Origin: an uncultured Rickettsiales bacterium | GTDB taxonomy: Bacteria > Myxococcota_A > UBA796 > UBA9615 > CAYRNR01 | NCBI GenBank assembly: GCA_964584075.1 | Contig: CAZOYV010000004.1 | Span: 1,131 to 65,130, forward strand | DNA length: 64,000 bases | Direction: 5' to 3' | Shown: piece by piece, positions 57,801 through 64,000 of the stretch | Position numbering within the stretch: position 1 is the stretch's first letter | Layout: the number at the start of each line of letters is the position of its first letter | The notes under the pieces: model-generated | Seen by the model: only the letters and a program-made list of their open reading frames with translations | Database searches by the model: none | What the model was told of the DNA's origin: nothing | Made by a program: the position numbers and the translations under genes

Positions 57801-58684
57801 ACATGGACAAGGTCCGCCACCACCTGGACCGCAGCGTCGAGCTCGCCGAGCAGGTGGGGGACCGCTTCGAGATCGGCTACGCCCGGGTCCAGCGCGGCTG
57901 GACCAACTTCTACTACGGGCAGTTCGACGACGCGCGGGGGGACTTCGGCCGTGGCCTGGCGGTGGCCGAGGAGCTGGACGATCGCCGCCTGCGGGCCGAT
58001 GCGCTCAAGGGCCAGGCCGCGATCGCGAACCTCGAGGGCCGTCGCGACGAGGCCCGCCGGATGGGCGAGGAGGTGGTGGAGTCCGGCCGCGCGCTGGGGA
58101 TGCCCGCGCTGGAGGGGCTGGGCCTTGAGACGCTGGGCACCACCGCGATGCTCGAGGCCGACTTCGCGGAGTCGCACCGCCGCTACGCCGAGTCGCTCGA
58201 CGTGCTGCTCGGCGCGCGGATGGTCGGGATCTGGTCGGTGATGATCCCCTACGAGCACACCGAGGCCGCGCTGTGCCTGCACGACCTCGGCCGCGCGCTG
58301 TCCCGCGACGAGCTGCTGCGCACGATGCGACAGGACCTGCGGATCGCGTCCAGGAACATCTCGACCTACCCGCTGTTCTCGCGGTTCTACCGCATGCAGC
58401 GCGGCTGCTATGCGTCCCGCCGGGGGCGCGCCGCGGAGGCCCGCGCGGAGCTCGAGCGCGCCGCGGCCGAGTTCCGCGCCTTCGGCAGCCCCTGGATTCG
58501 CGCCGGAGGGCTGCTGCGGATCGCCTACGAGCTGTGGCGGCTGGGGGGCACCCGCGAGGACCTGCTGGCGCGGCTGGCGGAGTCCGGAGAGATGGTCCGC
58601 GGCATCCCCGGCGCCGAGGTGCCGACGATGTTCCACACCCTGCGCGAGCACCTCGAGCAGCACCCCGAGCGGCCGTCGCGCTGA
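54884..58684 (+). CDS. Ser/Thr protein kinase fused to AAA+ (STAND-like) NTPase and TPR/helical repeat region, 1266 aa
   Basis: Kinase motifs (GGGGVGVVFRA, ALK, HRDLKPGNVLL, DFG, APE). Then P-loop GPAGVGKTRLL. Then ~700 aa of helical repeats. Confidence 0.8.
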   Translation: MSTTPPTLIAEPGERIDGRYRLRERLGGGGVGVVFRAEDEGDGGQDVALKFLRPELVAEERQLHRFLREFRAVSRLDHPGCVQVFAEGVDAGRRFFVMEYAGGGDLHALQKAPTEVLVPVLVRIAAALQYIHGARIVHRDLKPGNVLLTAGDPPAPKLADFGLAKLVEAGSTITESGVLMGTPAYMAPEQVTGDPVDPRTDLYALGCLIHFLFAGLPPFVSEGGAFPLMHAHLETPPPRLRVRAPDAPPALEDLTARLLAKDPALRPQRTGEVVDALRALLDDLGGATQADSIPSSAPTGRTFLYRPPFLGRDEERGQVSAWIDEAFVGERGAPEVVLLQGPAGVGKTRLLDAVRGDLARRGVVLLAASARGQGGEPFAPFPSLERAAARHTEDTDSYPEPAITEQPTLRKPFEALVRARAPAPRTAASPAAADPAQARRARAQTLAEQLVTLDEQTPVAALIEDLHDAGPGALDYLADLLAALRDTPGRPPVLLLTSRPGAVVDALRGWARTGRSRVATLELQPLGDEAVAAMVRIQLGAPDDDSLDTLIDLITRESEGNPLFVQAYLEALVDEGVLDRDHDRWVVSQDGRPSQSMPRTIDHILRERLASLGEDARRLLEVAAVVGTRFDFDLLRAVTGQPVGALLDALDEALRDGVVRSVRGPRHRDVYAFDHGKLAEVLYDDLSPSRRRAYHHATAEALVARGGEPVALIAYHHARGEDARAALAALREAGREALAAHDHVQAEAHLREALARVDQAAAADRDALHGELTAMLADALRGQGRHADAVPALRRAHQAARGTVAEARSLRKLGRSLFLAGETEAGLDALDRALRALGDRAPGGRGEVLVRFVAELAGLALGSALGFRRGDPAVLRERALAHRDLSVVNQWRNVERTAAHHLAYLRLAERLRQPEFLVDAYATNMLVSSVFGLERRANRLLARASELAERAGDQLGEVRLHTSAGMTAYLRGDMDKVRHHLDRSVELAEQVGDRFEIGYARVQRGWTNFYYGQFDDARGDFGRGLAVAEELDDRRLRADALKGQAAIANLEGRRDEARRMGEEVVESGRALGMPALEGLGLETLGTTAMLEADFAESHRRYAESLDVLLGARMVGIWSVMIPYEHTEAALCLHDLGRALSRDELLRTMRQDLRIASRNISTYPLFSRFYRMQRGCYASRRGRAAEARAELERAAAEFRAFGSPWIRAGGLLRIAYELWRLGGTREDLLARLAESGEMVRGIPGAEVPTMFHTLREHLEQHPERPSR

Positions 58685-58697
58685 CCCAGAACGGCGA

Positions 58698-58725
58698 CCG
58701 CCGCCGGTGGGGTGGCCGGCGGCGG
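58698..58725. terminator. perfect 10-bp GC hairpin (CCGCCGCCGG-tggggtgg-CCGGCGGCGG) between convergent genes
   Basis: Direct reading. No U-tract. Candidate bidirectional terminator or structural element. Confidence 0.35.
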
Positions 58726-58762
58726 TGCAGAGGGGTCGAGGGGGAACCTGGCCGGGTGTCGC

Positions 58763-60046
58763 TCAGCAGGGGAAGCCGAGGGTGCAGTGCAGCAGTCCGG
58801 TGACCGCGTCGGAGCACTCGGACGCGTCGATGCAGAGGATCAGGTCGATGAAGTTGACCATCGCGCACAGGCCCGTGCCGGCGCAGTCGGCGCAGCCGTA
58901 GAGCATCAGGTCGACCGCGGGCTCGTCCGGGTCGTCGCTGTACACCGTGATGGCGTGGTAGGCGCCGTCCATCCCGTCGAGGCAGCCGCCGTTGCCGAAC
59001 AGGTCGCCGGCGACCCACTCGAAGGTGAAGTACTCGCTCTCGCCGGGCTGCAGCACCGCGTGCTCGTCGCCGGACAGGATCGTGATCTGGCCGCCGGCGA
59101 TGGAGGTCGGGGTGGAGATGCCCTGCAGGGTCAGCGGGTCGATGCCCTGGTTGGTGACCGTGAAGTCGGCCCACGCGATGCCGCCGGTGACGGTGCCGAA
59201 GTCGATGGCGATGTAGTTGAGGTAGATGTCGCCCTGGCAGTGGTTGCCGCAGGTCTCCTCGCCGAGGCCGGCCAGCTCGACGGTCACCACCGGGGTGCTG
59301 GCGTCGCAGCTCTCGATGGTCAGCTCGCCCGTGTGGACGCCGTCGGCGGTCGGGGCGAAGCGGACGTTGAACTCGGTGCTCATCCCGGCGCCGAGCAGCA
59401 TCGCCGGGGCGGGGGCGGCCTTGTCGAAGCCGTCGCCGGCGACCTCGATGGCGAACAGCTCGAGGGGCTCGCTGCCGGTGTTGGTCAGCGAGACGAGCTG
59501 CTCGAGGTGCTGGCCGACGATCACGGTGCCGAAGTCCAGGGGCGTGGTGTCGAGCTCGAGGGTGCCGCAGGTCTCCTCGGGGGGCTCGCTGTCGTCGTCG
59601 TCGCCCACCGGCTCGTCGGCCAGCGCGAAGCCGAACACGTCGACGAGCAGGGTGGTGTAGTCGGGGTGGTCGGTGCCGACGGTCACGATCGCCTCGGCCG
59701 CGCCCTCCTTGAGGGGCTGGAACTCGACGTCGACCGTCTGGGTGTAGCCGGGCTCGATGACCACGCCGCTGGGCGCTCCGGGCAGCCGGAAGTCGCCGCT
59801 GGCCGGGGTGATCTCGATGGCGCCGAGGGTGACCGCCTGCGCGGTGTGGTTGACCACCGTGAACGACTGCACGTCGAGCTCCTGCGGGGCGAGCTCGCCG
59901 AAGTTGATCACGCTGGGCTCGATCGTCAGCGCGCCCTCCTCGACGTCGTCGGTGTCCATCGGCTCCAGCTCGGGATCCGGGCAGCCGGCGACGAGCAGCA
60001 TGGCGAAGACGGCGGCGAAGACCGTGATGATGTGGTTGCGGAACAT
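58763..60046 (-). CDS. lipoprotein with repeated Ig-like (choice-of-anchor-D / ASH-like) domains and Cys-rich C-terminus
   Basis: Signal peptide plus lipobox LLVAGC. Repeats of FG.V.VG.....FT.TN.G...L.I pattern. GGGGG RBS. Confidence 0.6.
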   Translation of the reverse strand: MFRNHIITVFAAVFAMLLVAGCPDPELEPMDTDDVEEGALTIEPSVINFGELAPQELDVQSFTVVNHTAQAVTLGAIEITPASGDFRLPGAPSGVVIEPGYTQTVDVEFQPLKEGAAEAIVTVGTDHPDYTTLLVDVFGFALADEPVGDDDDSEPPEETCGTLELDTTPLDFGTVIVGQHLEQLVSLTNTGSEPLELFAIEVAGDGFDKAAPAPAMLLGAGMSTEFNVRFAPTADGVHTGELTIESCDASTPVVTVELAGLGEETCGNHCQGDIYLNYIAIDFGTVTGGIAWADFTVTNQGIDPLTLQGISTPTSIAGGQITILSGDEHAVLQPGESEYFTFEWVAGDLFGNGGCLDGMDGAYHAITVYSDDPDEPAVDLMLYGCADCAGTGLCAMVNFIDLILCIDASECSDAVTGLLHCTLGFPC

Positions 60047-60189
60047 GTCGACCCCCTAGTCGGTTGTTCGTTGTTCGTGTGACACCCCTCATTCATGCGA
60101 AGCCCGTGCCAGATGAAAAAATATGTTGAAAAAAATCTCATCCACAGAAAACCCACAACGATCTCTTCTATTTACCGAGAACGTGCACG

Positions 60190-60245
60190 CGCGCGATGAC
60201 CTGTGTCATCCCCCTCCACGGGGCGTGACACGGTGTGTCAGATGT
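60190..60245. promoter_or_regulatory. array of GTGTCA/TGACAC half-sites in an AT-rich island upstream of the lipoprotein gene
   Basis: GTGTCAtccccctccacggggcgTGACACggtGTGTCA, plus GTGTGACAC at ~60078. Surrounding 60047-60180 is unusually AT-rich (aaaaaatatgttgaaaaaaatctc). Confidence 0.3.
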
Positions 60246-60303
60246 GTGCCAGGGGTGTGCGGCGGGGTTGGCGCGAGCGGGGAGTCCGCGGTTCGCCGGT
60301 GGC

Positions 60304-61455
60304 TCAGCCGGTGAGCCGCACCAGCCACTCCCACTCCACCGCGCGGCCGATGATGAACAGGGTCCAGGCCGCGTAGATCAGCATCAGCAGCGCCGCCTTG
60401 ACCCGCCCCATCCTGGTGCCGATCAGGAACAGCGCCATCACGAAGACCGTCACCACCAGCAGGGCGACGCGCAGCAGCTGCACGTCGGCCGCCGAGCCGC
60501 TCGTCGAGGCCAGGTGCACGTCACCGTGGACCAGCCCGTAGCACAGCAGCGGGAAGCCCAGCGCCACGGTGATGTCGAAGATGTTGCTGCCCAGCGCGTT
60601 GGACACCGCGTCGTCGTAGCTGCCCTTCATCGCGTCCTTGACCGACAGCACCGTGTCGGGCACCGAGGTGGCGGCGGCGGCCAGGATCACCGTGGTGAAG
60701 TACAGCGGCACGTTCAGCGCGTGGGCCGCCTCGACCACCGCCCAGCTCAGCGCGTAGCAGCCCGCGGCGATGACCGCGACGGACGCCGTCAGCACGACCC
60801 ACGCGCGACCGGTGGACAGCCTGCGGCCGCCGAAGAACAGCTGGTTGAACTCCAGCCGCCACAGCGCACCGAGCACGGTGCTCTCGCCGCCGTCGTCCTC
60901 GTCGTCGTCGTCGCCGTCGTCGTCGAGGTCGATCACGCCGCGCTTGTACTGGAACATCAGGTAGCCGAAGTACAGGACGTACACGCCCATCAGCGCGCCG
61001 CCCATCCACCACCGCATCGTGCTGCCCGACAGCAGCGTGATCAGCAGGATCTCGGCGGCGACGAAGAAGATCCCGTCGCGCACGATCGTGGGCCGCCCGA
61101 CGGTGATCGCCTTGACCCGCTCGATCCCCCCGCCGCGGCGCTTGACGCCGAACCACAGCACCGCGCCGATGCACAGCGCGGGGATGATCACGGCGTTGAA
61201 CACCGCCGACCCGGCGCAGGTCGCGATCCCCCCGGAGTAGCCGTCCTCGTCGAGGAAGAGGAACAGCAGGATGAAGGTGGTCAGCAGCTCGGGCAGCGAG
61301 CTGCCCACGGCGTTGATCGTCGCGCCGCGCACACCGGGCGGCATCTTGCGGCCGAGGTAGTCCGAGGCGTCCTCGAACGAGTCGCAGCCGCGCATGATGA
61401 TCAGCGACGCCGCCGCCACGATCGCCACCGCGACCGCCAGCATGATCCAGTCCAT
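60304..61455 (-). CDS. Ca2+/Na+ (CaCA family) antiporter
   Basis: Alpha-repeat signatures GSSLPEL and GSNIFD. About 10 TMs. GGAGAG RBS. Confidence 0.85.
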   Translation of the reverse strand: MDWIMLAVAVAIVAAASLIIMRGCDSFEDASDYLGRKMPPGVRGATINAVGSSLPELLTTFILLFLFLDEDGYSGGIATCAGSAVFNAVIIPALCIGAVLWFGVKRRGGGIERVKAITVGRPTIVRDGIFFVAAEILLITLLSGSTMRWWMGGALMGVYVLYFGYLMFQYKRGVIDLDDDGDDDDEDDGGESTVLGALWRLEFNQLFFGGRRLSTGRAWVVLTASVAVIAAGCYALSWAVVEAAHALNVPLYFTTVILAAAATSVPDTVLSVKDAMKGSYDDAVSNALGSNIFDITVALGFPLLCYGLVHGDVHLASTSGSAADVQLLRVALLVVTVFVMALFLIGTRMGRVKAALLMLIYAAWTLFIIGRAVEWEWLVRLTG

Positions 61456-61590
61456 CGCGCTCTCCAGGGCGGCGCGCAGCTTACTGGCGCCGGGACCGAG
61501 GCGCAATCGCGCAGCCGCGGCGGAGAGGATCGCCCAGCGCCGTTCTCACCCCCAACCCGGTCTCGGTGAGAAACGCCGGACGGCGCGGCG

Positions 61591-63222
61591 CTACTCGGCC
61601 TCCATGTGCGGGTAGCGGTAGTCCGTGGGCGGCACGAAGGTCTCCTTGATCGTGCGCGGCGAGACCCAGCGCAGCAGGTTGAGCATCGAGCCGGCCTTGT
61701 CGTTGGTCCCGCTCTTGCGGCTGCCGCCGAACGGCTGCTGGCCGACCACCGCCCCGGTGGGCTTGTCGTTGATGTAGAAGTTGCCCGCGGCGTAGCGCAG
61801 CGCCTGGTGGGCGGCGTGCACGGCGAACCGGTCGCGGGAGAAGATCGAGCCGGTCAGCCCGTACGGCGAGGTCTCGTCGCACAGCTGCAGCGTGGCCTGG
61901 AACTCGCGGTCGGGGTAGACGTAGATCGTCAGCACCGGCCCGAAGATCTCCTCCTGCATCAGGCGGTGCTGGGGATCGGTCACCTGCACCACGGTGGGCT
62001 GGATGAAGTACCCGCCGGACTTGTCGGCCTCGCCGCCGGACAGCACCTCGGCGGTGCCCGAGCCCCGGGCCAGGTCGAGGTAGCCGGCGATGTCGTCGAA
62101 CGCGTCCTCGTCGATCACCGCGCCCATGAAGGTCCGGAAGTCGGCGGGATCGCCCACGGCGACGGTCTCGAGCTCGGCCACGAGCCGGTCCCGCACCCCG
62201 GGCCACAGCGTCTCGGGGATGTAGGCGCGGCTGGCCGCGGAGCACTTCTGCCCCTGGTACTCGAAGGCCCCGCGGATCAGCGCGGTGACCAGCGCCTCGG
62301 CGTCCGCCGAGGGGTGGGCGACGATGAAGTCCTTGCCCCCGGTCTCGCCGACCACCCGCGGGTAGCCGCGGTACCGCTCGACGTTCTCGCCGACCGTCCG
62401 CCACAGGGCGTGGAACGTGGACGTCGAGCCGGTGAAGTGGACCCCCGCGAGGTCGGGGTGGCGCATCACGGAGTCGCCGACGACGCGCCCCGGCCCGGGC
62501 AGGAAGTTGATCACGCCCGGGGGGAGCCCCGCCTCCACCAGCAGCTGCATCAGCTGGTGGGCGGTGAACGCCGCGTTGGAGGCCGGCTTCCACAGCACGG
62601 TGTTGCCCATCATCGCCGGGGCCGACGGCAGGTTGCCCATGATCGAGGCGAAGTTGAACGGGGTCACGGCGAAGACGAAGCCCTCCAGCGGGCGCCACTC
62701 GAGGCGGTCCCAGACCCCCACCGTCGACCCCGGCTGCTCCGCGTAGATCCGCCCCGTGTAGTGGGCGTTGAAGCGGAAGAAGTCGATCAGCTCGCAGGCG
62801 GCGTCGATCTCGGCCTGGTGCACGCTCTTGCTGATCCCGAGGATCGCCGCGGCGTTGATCCGCGCCCGCCAGGGTCCCGCCAGCAGCTCCGCGGCGCGGA
62901 GGAACACCGAGACCCGCTCGGGCCACGGCAGCCGAGACCACACCCGGAACGCGGTGGCGCTGGCCTCCACCGCCGCGGCGACCTCGTCGGGGCCGGCCTG
63001 GTGCACGTGGGCCAGCACGTGGCCATGGTCGTGGGGCATCACCGCGGGGACGGTGCGGCCGGTGTGGACCGCGCGGCCGGCGATGATCAGCGGGACCTCG
63101 ATCTCCTCGGACGCCATCTCCTTCAGCGCGGTCTTCAGGGCCCGCCGCTCGGGACTGCCGTCGCGGTAGGACAGCACCGGCTCGTTGGTCGGCTGGGACA
63201 GGTCGAACTGGGCTTCGCTCAT
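61591..63222 (-). CDS. L-glutamate gamma-semialdehyde (1-pyrroline-5-carboxylate) dehydrogenase, RocA/PruA-type aldehyde dehydrogenase
   Basis: ALDH motifs FTGST, ETGGKD and the catalytic Cys [10 protein letters not shown]. The pattern closely follows the standalone P5CDH family. GAGGAG RBS. Confidence 0.8.
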   Translation of the reverse strand: MSEAQFDLSQPTNEPVLSYRDGSPERRALKTALKEMASEEIEVPLIIAGRAVHTGRTVPAVMPHDHGHVLAHVHQAGPDEVAAAVEASATAFRVWSRLPWPERVSVFLRAAELLAGPWRARINAAAILGISKSVHQAEIDAACELIDFFRFNAHYTGRIYAEQPGSTVGVWDRLEWRPLEGFVFAVTPFNFASIMGNLPSAPAMMGNTVLWKPASNAAFTAHQLMQLLVEAGLPPGVINFLPGPGRVVGDSVMRHPDLAGVHFTGSTSTFHALWRTVGENVERYRGYPRVVGETGGKDFIVAHPSADAEALVTALIRGAFEYQGQKCSAASRAYIPETLWPGVRDRLVAELETVAVGDPADFRTFMGAVIDEDAFDDIAGYLDLARGSGTAEVLSGGEADKSGGYFIQPTVVQVTDPQHRLMQEEIFGPVLTIYVYPDREFQATLQLCDETSPYGLTGSIFSRDRFAVHAAHQALRYAAGNFYINDKPTGAVVGQQPFGGSRKSGTNDKAGSMLNLLRWVSPRTIKETFVPPTDYRYPHMEAE

Positions 63223-63346
63223 CGTCTCGCTCCTCTGCCCCGAGCCTAGGGACGCCGGTGCGCGACCGCAAGCGGACTTGCTACCAATCATAGTCGTACC
63301 TACGTTGGGCCCCGGACTCGACCACACCCCACAGGGAGGGATCGCC

Positions 63347-64000
63347 ATGAGCCACCGCACCGCCGACCTGCTCGGCCCGCTCGCCGAGGATCTGCTCGGC
63401 CACGTCAGCAAGACCGTCTCGAGGGACCAGCTCTACCTGCCCGGCCCCGACTTCGTGGACCGGGTGGTGTCCCAGAGCGACCGCCCGGTGCCGGTCCTCG
63501 GCGCCTTCCAGCGGCTGCTGGACCACGGCCGCCTGGGCGGCACCGGCTACGTCTCGATCCTGCCCGTCGACCAGGGCATCGAGCACACCGGCGGCGCCTC
63601 GTTCGCGCCCAACCCGATCTACTTCGATCCGGAGCGGATCGTGGAGCTCGCGATCGAGGGCGGGACCAACGGCGTGGCCTCGACGCTGGGCGTGCTGGGC
63701 GCCGTGGCCCGCAAGTACGCCCACAAGATCCCGTTCATCCTCAAGCTCAACCACAACGAGCTGATGAGCTACCCCAACAGCTACGACCAGCGGCTGTTCG
63801 CCTCGGTGGACCAGGCGTTCGAGCTCGGCGCGGTGGCCGTCGGCGCGACGATCTACTTCGGGGCCCCCGAGTCCCGCCGCCAGATCGAGGAGATCAGCGC
63901 CGCGTTCCAGCGGGCCCACGAGCTGGGGATGATCACGATCCTGTGGTGCTACCTGCGCAACGAGGCGTTCAAGAAGGACGGCACCGACTACCACGCCGCC
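63347..64000 (+). CDS. class I fructose-bisphosphate aldolase / DhnA-FbaB family protein (3' end outside window)
   Basis: GGGAGGG RBS 6 nt before ATG 63347. DhnA-type blocks ([12 protein letters not shown]; ILKLNHNE; TILWCY). Open to the window end. Confidence 0.55.
   Translation, partial: MSHRTADLLGPLAEDLLGHVSKTVSRDQLYLPGPDFVDRVVSQSDRPVPVLGAFQRLLDHGRLGGTGYVSILPVDQGIEHTGGASFAPNPIYFDPERIVELAIEGGTNGVASTLGVLGAVARKYAHKIPFILKLNHNELMSYPNSYDQRLFASVDQAFELGAVAVGATIYFGAPESRRQIEEISAAFQRAHELGMITILWCYLRNEAFKKDGTDYHAA

Noticed and set aside
63281-63994. 237-aa minus-strand ORF at window end
   Set aside because: Antisense to the aldolase gene, which has an RBS and family motifs.

Overview
This is a 64 kb chromosomal window of very high GC content (roughly 70-72%). 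The gene content points to a myxobacterial or other delta-proteobacterial genome: many Ser/Thr kinases, choice-of-anchor and lamin-tail lipoproteins, sigma-54-like promoters and a GldAFG-type ABC system. That taxonomic call is inference. Most six-frame ORFs in the track are antisense shadow ORFs, translating to Arg/Pro/Gly/Ala-rich low-complexity sequence. I call about 48 real genes, chosen by natural amino-acid composition, recognisable family motifs, signal peptides, ribosome-binding sites and start/stop coupling.

Housekeeping anchors:
- infA
- tadA, followed by two tRNA-Ser genes, the SRP RNA (ffs) and dnaX
- a P5C dehydrogenase, a class I aldolase, a CaCA antiporter and an SRAP (YedK-like) peptidase

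The window is otherwise rich in envelope and signalling functions:
1. A tightly coupled operon of an ECF sigma factor, an anti-sigma factor, a secreted caspase (peptidase C14) and a YVTN beta-propeller lipoprotein.
2. A cluster that couples degenerate FHA domains to a SEDS (RodA/FtsW-family) protein and to a giant class-B PBP-like transpeptidase, next to a convergent Ser/Thr kinase. This resembles the actinobacterial fhaA-rodA-pbpA-pknB module, but fused and reorganised.
3. A TPR protein with a CHAT-like domain whose catalytic Cys position appears to be Ser.
4. A MerR regulator with a CarH-like, B12-binding-like domain that lacks the His ligand motif.
5. Two ABC export systems, one GldA/F/G-like and one LolA-like plus MacB/FtsX-type under a TetR regulator.
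6. An HD-GYP operon.
7. A 1266-aa Ser/Thr-kinase/AAA+/TPR signalling protein.
8. Several intergenic regions carrying palindromes or direct repeats, including tandem sigma-54-like elements.

No CRISPR array, rRNA or clear mobile element was found. All coordinates come from manual reading and may be off by a few bases at gene starts.
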